A stretch of 64,000 nt of DNA from Marsupella aquatica. Lineage: Eukaryota; Plantae; Marchantiophyta. Numbering within the stretch: position 1 is the stretch's first letter; each line of letters starts with the position of its first letter. The notes under the pieces are model-generated. The model worked only from the letters and a program-made list of their open reading frames with translations. It had not been told where the DNA came from and made no database searches. The stretch is taken from positions 3,260,638 to 3,324,637 of the forward strand of contig OZ316896.1 of assembly GCA_973895155.1 (NCBI GenBank), given 5' to 3'. Position numbers and translations under genes: made by a program. Below are positions 13,997 through 26,005 of the stretch, piece by piece.

Positions 13997-16615
13997 ATGG
14001 AACCCGGGCCGAGGCCGGAGGTAAGGACACTGAGGGTGAAAACTCGATTAGGGTTAGGGCGCGTTAAGCGTCGGCGGCTAGGAAGGATCAACGGGAAGAA
14101 GGACCGGCAGAGGAGAGGGGTAAGGAGCGCTTGCAGGAGATGGTGGCTCATTTGCGAGCACGAACTAGGCAGACGACTACGGGAGGCCAACTACTGTCAG
14201 CTGCTTAGGCAAGCACTCGGGGAGAGAGTAGATACCGACGATCGACCTAAGGAGGGTATGAGCAACGTCAATCAAGCGGCACATTTCTGGGGATGCCTGT
14301 TCGAACGGGCAACTGAGTACATCAAGACTTACGAGGACGAGGAATCAGAAAGGGCAGCTCGAGAACGGCAGGAGCTCGCTCGATTGTGGGAGCTACAGAA
14401 GACGGCTTTCTTAGGAGGCGAACTCATCAAGGACGAGTTCCTATGGACGCCTACTTCCAATCAACTTGACGATCTTCTGTTTTGCAAAGACAACGTCGTC
14501 GGCATCCGAGAAGCCATCAAGAACTGCAATGACATACACTGGGAATTAAAGGGTAGCACGGAAAGGTGGACCCAGGCAACGGTGCTAGGAGAAACCTCCA
14601 CAGCAGCAGAGATGAAGAGGAAGGGAGCCGTCAACGATGAAGCCACCCCGACAAAAAGAACGAGGTCGGCGGCACCAAAGAAGCCAGCCGAGCAACAGAG
14701 CAGGAGGCAGGGAGAAGCTGAAGAGGAGGAGGTCGATCCCATCAAGGCCATTCCAACCAGGGATGACACCTGGAAGGGCTGGGCGGCAACCCTACCGGTG
14801 GAGGTGCAACTACATTTTGCACGGGAGGAGGATGCATGCTTTACGGCCATGCAGACCAAGAAGTACCAAGGCTTCATGGCCGGATCCGGCTTAGAGGCCT
14901 TTGTAAGATTACCATGGCTGAAGCCGGAGGTACCGGAGTCAGACCTATTAGAATTCGTGGGGTCATGGGAACCCGAGACCAATTGCACGAGGATATATGG
15001 GAAGGATTTCTATCTTACTCCCAAGGTAATTGCCGAAGTGTTTGGCTTGCCGATAGGCAATAAGACCAAAGTTGATACCAAGAAGCAGCCCTGGCTAGGG
15101 AAAAGGATTTACCAGGAGGAGATTGGCCGGAGGACATCAGGCGGCTAGCCGAAAAAGGAAGCAAACCTCTAGCCACGATTGAAGAGATCCGCAAGACGGC
15201 TTGGGAGCAGAGGCCGCGATGGGCGATGCCGATCACTTCTACTTACTCCACCTACGCTAAGAATAGAGCCATGGAGTATGGTGAGATGTGTGGGGAACTT
15301 GCGCTCGGCATCTTTGGAGAGGAGTTGGAGGTAGGACCCTTTTTCCATAGGGAGCAGTTGGAGAAGCACCAATTAGAAGAAGCGGTGGCTTTAGAGAGAA
15401 GCAAGAAGGATGAGGTCATTCGGCGGCTTAGGAGGATGGAAGCCGAGATTGAAGATCTAAGGGCGGCCAAGAAAGCCCAAGATGAACTGCGGATTAAACG
15501 GCATGAGCTGAACATCATGCAGGGGCAGTTGGACACCGCGCAGGCTGATAATCAGAATATCAAGGATAAACTGACTCAGACGCAGGGAGAGTTGGCCGAC
15601 ACGATCAAAGAGAGGGAGAAGTGGAAGCGAGAGCTGAAGAATACAGAGGAGGCTCACATAACAACCAACAGCCGGGCCATGGCGGAGACCCAAAGAAAGG
15701 AATGGGCGTTGAAGGGGGAGCTCGAGAAAATCCGCGGAGCCCTTGAGCAGAAGGAGGCCGAGTTAGGGAAATCCTATCAAGGGATTATGGCGCTGCAGCA
15801 GGAGCTTGCGTCCCTGACGGCCAGCTTCAAGGCCGACCTAAGGGAGAAGGACGAGATGCTCGAACAGACTTACGCCAAGATGAACCAGATGGAGTCTGTC
15901 ATCATTGCAGAGCTCGACAAGGAGCTAAGAGCAACCCAGGAGGAGAGGGCTACCTTGAAGAAGGAATTGGAGGAAGCCCACAGGGAGCAGGAGGAGGCCA
16001 AAAACGAGCTGGAGGGGGCACGTAAGGACCTGGATGAACCCAAGAGGAGTTGGAGGAAATCACGAGGAAGATGGAGAACCTACAGCGGCGGGCCGACAAC
16101 CAAACAGAGCGGCTGAAGAAACAAGCCGCAGTATTTAAATGCTTAGCTGCAGCAGGTCCATCTCCCGTTGGGACAAACCAGTTACCAGGGGTGGTAATTG
16201 CCGAAGGACAAGCCGCGCCACCTGCACCAGTGCCGGAAGTAAGTGGGAAGGGGAAGGGACCAGCTGCCGAGCCACCAACGAAGAAGAAGCGGAAACCTTC
16301 AGGGTCAAGGAGTAATACGACTTCACAGGCCGTGGTGATCAAGGAGGTAGACCCAGCACCGACCCCAGACAGGGTCACGGCTAGGGATCCAACTACCCTA
16401 GGGGAAGGGAGGCCGAAGCCGAGGGAGTGGCTAAGGCCGAAGCCGTGGGTATTGCCGAGGCCGGTGTCGAGGCTGAAGCTGAAGGTGGACCCAGTCAGGC
16501 CGATGGAGAGTTGACTCAGTCAAGGGCAGGTAATCTGTCAGAGAATGAACCTACGGCAGTGGCTGAGGAGGAAGCGTTGGGGGCGTCCATTAAGGATCCA
16601 CCACCGGTGTCGTGA
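13997..16615 (+). mobile_element. Frameshifted TE-associated accessory ORF (plant transposon/Athila-like domain plus long coiled coil)
   Basis: LLEFVGSW..RIYGKDFYLTPKVIAEVFGLP resembles the accessory domain of plant LTR elements; followed by an E/K/R/Q coiled coil and a low-complexity tail; purine-rich, abrupt compositional boundary at ~13882. Confidence 0.45.
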
Positions 16616-17559
16616 CGGTGCAAGGGCGCCGTTCCTTTTAGGGAGGGCGGACGTGGAGGGAGGAGGCGTGAGTGGGCAGGGCGGGCGCGGATCTCCACGT
16701 TTAGGATTAGGATCAGAACCAGGAGCGGCCCTGACACTTAGCTTAGTGGGATTGCGGTCCCACTGGTAGGAGCAACACTTGTGCTCTTGCCTTGCTGTAC
16801 ATAGGTAGATTCGGGCAAGTAGATTACTGTTAAGTAGATTAGGCTTACGATGCAAAGAATGGCGGATCCACTACCAGGATAAGTACCTGGGCAGCGGGGA
16901 GCTCAGGGCCTCTTCTTTAGCAAGTTTTTAGTTTGCACCAGCCGGGCTGGGATCAAGTAGTACGAGAAGCTCTCGGTTAGTCATACAGTGACCCTTGTGT
17001 ATATTCATGTTTCCTCATGCCTAAGAGCTGAATAGAGTTGGCCTCACGGCTTAGTTCGCAGAGCTTGTGTATGAGATGTACTGTTTGTATGGCAAGTGCA
17101 TGGTATGACTCAGTCAGAATGAGTCATTTTGCTATTTGTGTGTCGCATTAACTTGTGTGAAGAGTGCCCACATCAACAGAAGGAAGGAAAGTAAGCAGGG
17201 GAGTGAGAGTTGGATGTGTCAAGCTGAGAGAGGTCTTAGCGGCTTAACCAAGCCTATTGGGGATCATTCCGGCGGCGGAATCCAAACATATCTAACAAGA
17301 CGGAGGGGAAGACAGGGGAAGACAGGGGAAGGCCTATATTAGGCCGGCTACGTATCTCATGACCCGATGAAGGATCTGTCCAGTATATGTGTGTAAAATG
17401 TTAATAGTAGTAGTAGAAGGTTAGCAGCGTCCCATGCCGCTAAGCCGCGGAAACGGCCTCGCCAAGCACGAAACCTGCGGGAATCGGCTTGAGCTGGGGG
17501 GTTTCTTGGGTTTAGGGAGCCATGGGACGCACCACACATTGCCCAGCCCCAATGTGTGC

Positions 17560-17945
17560 TGCTCAATTCTATTTTTCCCCCCGCCATTGTTGCTTTGCAT
17601 TGTTGCGTTGTTGAGCTCCATTGTTGTGAAGAGTTTAGGGTCTGGGTGACATTGCTTGCACTCTTGAGCTCCATTGCTAGAAGAGAAAGGTGTTGGGTGA
17701 CATTGCTGCTCAGCTCAATTCGTGAGCTACCTAGGTCCATTGCCTTATGCTGCTTAGTTCAGTCGCTTGCTGCCTGTTGTTACAATTGCCTGCTCAATCA
17801 CGCACCCAATCGCCTGGAGCTCATTTGCCTAGAGTTCAATCGCCTACTGCTCAAATTGTTGTTGCTACAATCGCGATGTGCTCAATCTGTTGTTGCTACA
17901 ATCGCGAGCTGCTCGATCACAAGCTACCTAGCTCCATTGTGAGTT
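17560..17945. repeat. Degenerate GAGCTCCATTG / GCTACAATCGCG short-repeat array, likely TE-internal
   Basis: Multiple imperfect copies of these motifs are visible. Confidence 0.5.
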
Positions 17946-19436
17946 GCCTCCCTGTTCTCCTTGTTCTCCCTGTTCTCCCTATGAGGATCGGAGTTCGGCT
18001 TTGTTGTTGTGGTGGAAATTCCAGCCAGGCTTTTGGGCAGGGGAATCATGGAATAGCCAGTGGTTCTCAAGAGTGGTCGCCAGTGATAACTCAGCCATTG
18101 GGTGACAAGGTCGTGCTGCCACAACAATTGAGGAGATAGCGCTCAAAGACTTCAAAACTCGCGTGGAATGGACCCACAGCAGTAGCAACAACAGCAACCA
18201 GGGATTGTTTTCTGTATCCGTCGCGTGTCCAGAAGTCACATTTTGCCTCTTGTGCAGTAAAAGGTGTAGATATTGGCTTGCACAAAGGAGATGAGGGTCT
18301 CCTGCACGTGTTTCGTTGCGAGGTCAAAGACTGTACGAAGCGATTGCTGGTGAGTTACGGTATTCCCTGCCAAGTTCTGCCTTGTATCTGTAAGTTGATG
18401 TAGGCAAATTTTCTTCTGCATTGTTCTATTGCTGGATTTTTCTGATGCTGAAGATCATTATGTGTCCAGACATCGTTTCTTTTGGGATTATTCCTTGGTT
18501 TGTCCAAGTGTGCACTATACTGAGGTCTAGTGGATGACATTCTTCTAGAACCTAATTTTAAAGTGCACATATTACAAAGTGATACTTGCTTTGCACTTAG
18601 GCAGCGTAAGCTTGTTCATGCCTATTGTTGCCAGAAGGATCTTGACATCTTGGTTAGTTGTGATTAATCCTCCCTGATTCTGCCAATCCTAGACCTTTTT
18701 TTCTTTCCCTTTGAGCAAGCCTTGTGAGACAATATGGTTTTTTTTGGTTATGTGCTTCCCATTGGGCACATCTGCTTCCGCTGTACCTCATGCAGATTGT
18801 CACCCGCTTTCTGTCATGTCTAGAGCTATTTCCAGAGTGTCTGGAAACCTTATCGTAGGATAAAATGTTTGACATAGATGTCGTGTCGAAGTGTTTTGCA
18901 GAACATCACACAGAGGAAACCACCCAAACCGTTTACAATTGTGAAGGACGAACCTGGAGAGATGGAGATGATGTTGACCAGAATTTATGGGTTGGAAGAC
19001 ATCACTATGTCTTGTGTTCTGCAACTAGTGAGAAAAAATTATCAGCGCAAGCCGGAAGTCGGTGAAGACCCGGAGAGTCGAACGAAGATGTTGCAGCTGA
19101 CGATTTTGATCACGAAAGGTGGCGTATCTCCCACTCTCGAAATCAGATGCGAGTGTTACTGGGATGGTTTTGCCATTCACCAAGTTGATCTACAATATGA
19201 AGACAAGGAACAGACAATATACCGCCCATACTTCTCGTAAGCCTCTTCCACATACATTTTGAAGTAGGTGTACAAGACTTTGTTATTGTTCTGTGAGTTT
19301 GGTACCAAATGTATGGCCATAGGATGATTGAAGTTCACTCTATAAATGCCTGTTTGTGGGTTAAATTTGACCAGAGCATTCCCTCACCTTGTACCAACCT
19401 GCATCTTATTTTCATGTCTGGAGGCTAGACTGTGAA

Positions 19437-19522
19437 GGCAATGATTAAATTGTATCCACGCTTCTGATGGGTCAAACCTGATGAAGATATCATCACATTG
19501 GTTGAATTTCTTCGTATGAGTT
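19437..19522 (+). ncRNA. Box C/D snoRNA, U36a-like, copy 1
   Basis: C-like ATGATT, D' CTGA, C' TGATGA, D-like ATGA; guides TATCCACGCTT and TGGTTGAATTTCTTC are antisense to LSU rRNA GAAGAAAUUCAACCAAGCGCGGGUA; terminal stem GTGA..TCAC. Confidence 0.85.
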
Positions 19523-19657
19523 GTCACCCAATCCTATTGATGTCTCATTCCGTGGTAATTAGTAATCGTTTTCTCAGTCTACCATTCGTTAGTTTCTGAG
19601 TCATTTACAGAACGGTTTACGATGGCTCAATGAATTATAGCTAATGGCTTATATTTT

Positions 19658-19767
19658 AATAGGGGAGTCAACAGTTGAAGACGTTTCGATAAAAAAAAAC
19701 AAGTTGACACCGCTATTCAGACAATGTATTAACTGAGATAGGCTTAGGGTCACTGTTGTACACATTT
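19658..19767 (+). ncRNA. Candidate H/ACA snoRNA
   Basis: Hairpin AATAG..GTCAAC/GTTGAC..CTATT, H-box-like AGACAA (19719-24), short second hairpin ending ACA-TTT; lies inside the snoRNA cluster. Confidence 0.3.
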
Positions 19768-19903
19768 TGAAAAGCGCGCGTTAACAGACGGATTGAACAA
19801 AAAACCAAACCAGCAGCGCTTTAGTGAATATCAACAATGCATGGGATGACACAGTAAGACATTGACGCGAAGGATGGTAGTGAACGGTAGGGACGTGTGC
19901 TTA

Positions 19904-19976
19904 GGAGAGATGAATACTTTGCTACTCGGACGCGGAGATGTCTGTTAGCTATGTTGTCCTCTCTTGGCTGATTCTC
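19904..19976 (+). ncRNA. Candidate degenerate box C/D snoRNA
   Basis: GAGATGA (C-like), TTTGCTACT antisense to LSU AGUAGCAAA followed by D'-like CGGA, terminal CTGA box D. Confidence 0.4.
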
Positions 19977-20002
19977 GTATGTAGGATGGTTCGAGAGACT
20001 GA

Positions 20003-20090
20003 GGACGATGATTACATCCTATCCGCGCTTCTGAGGGTTCAAACCTGATGAAGCATACTCAATATTGGTTGAATTTCTTTGTATGAGTCT
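20003..20090 (+). ncRNA. Box C/D snoRNA, U36a-like, copy 2
   Basis: Same boxes; D' guide TATCCGCGCTT is fully complementary (one G-U) to LSU AAGCGCGGGUA; stem CTGAGGAC/GTCTTTAG. Confidence 0.88.
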
Positions 20091-20220
20091 TTAGTTGGTT
20101 GATCCATTTTAGATCCTACCGGTAGGTATAGGTGTTCGTCTTATCTTTTGGTATTCAGCAGTACTGAAATGAAACGAGGAATACATAAAATGAAGTCACC
20201 TCGTCTCTTTGTTACACATC

Positions 20221-20317
20221 GTGGAGGCAATGATTAAATACTATCCGTGCTTCTGAGGGGTCAATCCTTATGAAGTACACTTGATATTTGGTTGAATTTC
20301 TTTGTATGAGCCTCCAC
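20221..20317 (+). ncRNA. Box C/D snoRNA, U36a-like, copy 3
   Basis: Perfect 8-bp terminal stem GTGGAGGC/GCCTCCAC enclosing the same boxes and guides. Confidence 0.88.
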
Positions 20318-21879
20318 TGTTGTCTGAATTTCATCAGATTTTGAGGGTTTAGATTGATAATTCTCACAGGTATCTACCTCACAGTCCCAAACTAAAGTTT
20401 TCATATGCAGAGGTGAATATGATTTTATCTAAGGATGTCTTGGTAGGCATCGTCCATTAATGGTTTCTTGCTGCCATTGATGTTATCTAAAGTCTGTCTG
20501 AAGCGGGTACATTCAAATTGACATATTTTGCCTGGGAACTTAGGGATGAGTTTTGGGACTTGAATCTTTAGTGGTCCTTGCCTCTTGATGCAGGAATGGC
20601 AAGGACGAGTTGGTGAATAACTTCCAAATATTTCTCTACGACAGAGGGCTGAATGCTGATCTTGCTGGTTACATTGAGAAGCACTTGGAGAGAAAAAGGC
20701 TATTAAAGTCAGCAGCCGCTTTCAAAAAAATGACCAGATTCCTAGAAGCGGATTCCTCTCCCAGCAGTCCCAGTGATGACTGATTCTCTTTGCTTCAAGT
20801 GGAAGCGTTGTTCACATCTCTTCCCACATGTTTATTGTGTATACATAGGACAGTTGCCTTTTCACTTTTTGGAGCTGTGAAGTTGTAGGATGTGGAGGGA
20901 GAAGGCATCCTGAAATTGGCTAAGTAGCACCTGAGAACCCATCCTCGACATTTGCCAGTCCAACACCTAAACCACAGCTGCCCAGTCAGTATAAAGGTGC
21001 TTCTACGTCTGTCCGATTGCTATGCTCTCGCGCCCAAATGAACAGTGCCCTCCTCGTATCCATGCCCGGAGCATCGCTCCATGCTACCTCTCTGCCGTCC
21101 ATTTCAGCCAATTCAAACGGATCATTTCCAGAGATTTCTCACAACATAAAGTTCTTGCAATCCATTTTTGCTAATCCACCATGATTCTACGTTATGATTA
21201 GAACTACGTTTTGAACCATCAAGTCAACACGATCGTCAGCAAGGTTGTGAAATGGTAGTGAGAGCCTAAAGTTTAGAAAAATTTAAATCTACATGCTATT
21301 GAAGAGTCTCTCTCAATGAGAGCTACTTTTAAGCCCTAGTCGAAATAGACCATTAATGTGACCATTGTACAGTATGTTTAAGACGGCTTGTAATTTTTGT
21401 CTGAAATACCCTAAATATTATTTCAGAAGTTTGAAACTTGTAATTGCTAGCTGAAATACTGGATTTTGATGTTTCTAACTGACATACTGGGTTTTGTGGT
21501 TTATAAAAATTGAACTTTCTTCTTTCAAGCTTGTGGTCGGCTCTTGTTTGCAAGGGGGTGTAGTGAAGTCTGTGAGAAAGAGCAATGGATATAAAGCATG
21601 CTAACTTCGCGTACAAAAAATGAGATAAAGTTTATTTATTATATATTTAATATGTTATACTTCTAAAGTGATGATGAACATGAATTTTCTTTTGTATTGT
21701 AATGTGGAGTGCTCATGAATTGACTATCTCTCCTTATGAAGTGTTACACAATTGTTATAATCCATTATTGGATTAGTCATGGTTACAACTTCAATCACTA
21801 AATTTCATCTCAACCTTATTACTTATAAACATGACTATGTAGAGACCCAAATGGTTGTGTTTATTAGGGTTTATTATGT

Positions 21880-23635
21880 GACACTAAAAGATCACAAGCT
21901 AGTCACTCTTAAGGGCAAGTAAGTCATGGACATGATTTACCCTGTGACTAATTAAAGTCACATTGCAGTCACGTATCAACAAGGCTAGACTCCATAATGG
22001 AGTCACAGATCAATCACAAATGGGTATCAAGCAAGTCGCAATGTCCAGTATCAATAGTGACTTCTATTTTTTGGTCTCAACTTTTGCAACTCCAAGGGTC
22101 ACAGCCTGGGTCACAATATGTTCAGTCACAATGAAGTCACATGAGCCAAAATGAGTCACATATTATGGTCTCAGATGAGCTCGGATTCTTCAAGTGAAAT
22201 AACAGTTATAATTTATGAATTAAAAGATACCCAAAACTCCAAATTTGATCGTCATGTGAACCCAAGGTTTAGGGACTACCACGCAACTGTGCAGTTACAT
22301 CCATAGTCAGTTACTTTAACTCACTTCTGGTTAAGCTAAGACTCACGACTAAACAACACTGTTGCACGATTCAAACCATCAAACCTAATCCCAACCATGA
22401 TCCACGGATCATGGATTGTTGCCAATACACAAAACTACCCATTGAAAATACAAATAATTTTCTAGCCCATAAAATAATGGGGGGAATTCAATCTGTGATC
22501 AGTGGATCATTGGGTTCCCAAACTCAAAACACATCTTCAAAAACATGCTTTAAATTATTTTTCAATCCTCCAAACCTTGAGAGGAATTACAATCGTGATA
22601 CACGGATCATAATTATTGCGAACACACAAAAACCTCCTATCAAAACACCTGGTCAGTCCATTTGTCACTAGAAGCAAAACATTGAGTATAATCCCAACCA
22701 TGATACCTGGATCATAATGCTCTCAAAATTCTGGAAACCAGATCATTTCTATATTTTGTCTCTTAGTGAAAACCAATCAAGCTATGCCATGTGGCAAACA
22801 CAACCCAAAACTATAAAAGCATGGTCAATCATCAAATTTTGAGCTTCACTTTCATAGGACCTTCATATTTTTCATTTGTAGGGCGCTCAAGATTTTGAAA
22901 ATTTTGTAGTATTTAAGCAGTCGTAGAGGCACATCCTATGGGGAAACCTTGGTTGTATAGGGTTTATGATAACCATGTCTAGCTCTGAGTCAGAAGAAAG
23001 CATTGCTAGTTCCATCCAATCCTCCCCCGGGGTTGTTCATAGATTTATTCCTTCTCATTTGCAAGCCAAACTTCCACCCTCTGAGCAAGTGGAGCCCCAA
23101 GTAGACATTAAAGACTCCGATTCAGAGGGAAGTGACAAAGACATTTCTTCATATTACGTCTCACCCACTAAACCAGATAAATGACGTCTACTCAGTTTTC
23201 CATGTCAACAAAGTCAAATTGGCTCACCTTTAGGATCCCTGGAAGCATTTGTTCAATTTAGAACAGAGAGAAAGCAAGTCTCGTCCGTGATGAGAGCATT
23301 GGATATAGGAATACCTACACCAGATTCAAAATCACCAGGAATTCGCATTGGAATGCAAAGGATGATCACCGGATCAAATTTGGTATTCCCCCCAAAGGAA
23401 CAAGGATCCGAGGAGGTTGAAAGATGTGCTGGAATACCAACGGTGATCATGGATAGATCATCTTTGAGATTCACAACCTAGGACGGTTTGAAGGATTCTA
23501 GAATTTGTTCTGGAATACCAACCATGATCCCTGTATCATCTAAGGTATTCCAAAGAAAACTTGGACCGGAGCAAGAGATAATCCAAATTGGTCCTCGACG
23601 GATGATCACAGGTTCAACTTTGGTATTCCCAAGAG
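21880..23635. repeat. Dispersed short repeats in both orientations (AGTCAC; AATCCCAACCATGATCC..GGATCAT; GATGATCAC..TTGGTATTCCC), probable non-autonomous DNA transposon
   Basis: Copies at ~22387, 22585, 22690, 23361, 23431, 23512, 23601. Confidence 0.5.
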
Positions 23636-24684
23636 TTAGGGAATGCACTGTTTATACTTGCACTGTTTATACTTGCAATTAGTCAGCTCTCACCAAACAT
23701 AAAAATAGCACATGTGCTTTAATCAGTTACAGCAAGGAAAACATGTAAAGTAGTTTCTTGCACTTATCCAGGTGAATCATGTGGTATCTGGGCTTAGCAT
23801 ATGAGGAGTGTGTGTAATATGACAACACATGTGAGAAAGTGCAGATTGAAGTGATCTCCCAAGCACTTAATAAATATATACTGGGTAGTGCAACCATGCT
23901 GGGTAGTGCAACCACCAAGGTCTAGACCCTTAGGATTGTTATTGTAACTTAAACACACCATTTTTGAACCGAAAAAATTGACAACAATTAGGGAGACCCC
24001 TTGTTGGGATGGATAATCATAACTTTAATATCATTTCACATCACCAGCCCTGCTATTTTTGCCAAGTTGTTAAATTTGGGTTTGAAATGTGTTATGCAAT
24101 CAGGTTTTAAGGTTGTGATGCAGCCCATCTACTTAGATTAAGGTTCATCAAGCTAGGCTTAGCTTTTTTTGTTGAACAAATAACTGCTACTCAAAGTGAA
24201 GAGCAGCTGTATCTTCCCAATGGACGGTTCAGAATCACATCTTGGAAAGCAGGAAAAAGTCCAACATTCAAGCTAGCAAAACTAACCTACAGTCATCATT
24301 TATTCTCATTGATTTCACTGAGCTGTTAGAGAACAAAACTAAGCTCATCCTGGAGAAGGGAACCATCCCTGCAAATTAATCAAGGTTGTTTGAGTACCGT
24401 TCTTTGTTAAGTTGCTACAGCTTGGACGACTGCTTGGCTCAATGGAGGAGGAACTGAATTCAGGTGGAAACTGGTTCTGGCTTGCTGTAGTGCTGGGGTT
24501 TCAATATGACTAATTGAGTTTAATCACTTGACTTGAATTTGGGCACCCACAATTTCAGAATCCATTTAGAATGGTCTCTGACAATTCTTGAAGGGCTCCC
24601 AACCATTCTGGAAGGGCACTCATGCATATTGTGTGAAAACGGTACGTCTGCTCTCTACATTGATAGCTAAAGTTACTCTCGGTC

Positions 24685-24800
24685 ACCTTTTGTGAGAACA
24701 ACATATTTTTGGGTGAACTTTTGTGAGAACCACATATTTTTGGTCTGTGACCCAGTCCGTCACTTTTTTGGGAACCACATATTTTTGGTCTATGATCTGG
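24685..24800. repeat. Three imperfect ~30-bp repeats (TTTTGTGAGAACCACATATTTTTGGT)
   Basis: Directly visible. Confidence 0.75.
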
Positions 24801-26005
24801 GTTTGAATTGACTGACAAGTTGTTGTATTGTCCGAACACAAGAGTTATCCTACATGAGCAACACTACAACTTGTCATTTGTTGGCTCTAAAAGAGGTGTT
24901 GTATATTTGCCTATATTCCCAAGCCTGTTGGGACAAGCCTGGGCCGGGGCTGGGTTGGGGTTGGGCCGGGTTGGGGTAGGGTGTGGGTAGGGGGCCGGGA
25001 TGATGGGGTGTGACACATGTCAGATGTAGGGGTCCAGATCCCTCATTTATCGGACAAGTACAAACCTGGTCTCCTAGCATTTTGACCCGGCCTCCTAACA
25101 TTTTGGTCAAGGAAAAGGGAAAGCTCAGGAATGAGGTGGTTTGAGAGGCTCCAATAGCTGGATGACTAATTGCGTTCACGTGGCTTGAATCTCTTCTTTG
25201 CCATGACCTGAGCTTTCCTTATAGCAGCGCGCAATCTGAAATTTCCGAAGCGCAAAAGGCATAATTAATTCTATAGATGTTCCAGACGGTTCTTGTTCAT
25301 TAACGCACTTTTGGGAATGAGACTGTCAGATTTCACGCAGAAGGTCGACATTGTTTGAGGCATTCAATTTCCTGAAGGTCTACTACATTTCCAGCTCGAC
25401 AATTGCACTGTCCCGGCACTGACCCTTGAACGTGCTGAAGAGTTAAAATCTCGGGATTCAGCACTTTAATGCGCGTAACATCGTTTGCAAAGCTCCTTGA
25501 GAGGCAATCACTTGCGCCCTGGCTACCTTTCAAGACCGTCATGGCAATTTTCGTTTCCAGTAGTTGGTTACTCAGATAAAACGCTGTTAACTTTTAGGAG
25601 ACTGAGACTCTTCAAACATCGATAAACATCTACAATTCCTCTCAGATTCCGACATTTTGCAAGCTCTACATTTTTATTGTGTGCACAATCTGCCACCCGT
25701 GCCTTTCGTGTGCATTTGTGTAGAACCAAATCTCACGGCCCCTACAAAATCAGAAAGGCCCCAAACCTCTAGGATAGGGGGAACACAGCTGACAATCTCC
25801 AATTTGTGCTCTTAATTACAAGGCTCTTCCGAGCTGGGACCTTTGAAGGATTCCCAGGTACATCGACGACAACCTAAAACTACGGGGGTATGTAATATTT
25901 GTGACAGTAACTCACTACAAGAATCAGGCACGAGGACCTCACTGTTTTTGAAGTTACGTTTGGGAATTGGCCTGATAGGTAGAAATGCAACTACTTGGGA
26001 CCGTT

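Noticed and set aside
13882-17360. Intact LTR element boundaries
   Set aside because: TG and CA ends can be picked, but no paired LTRs or TSD were found
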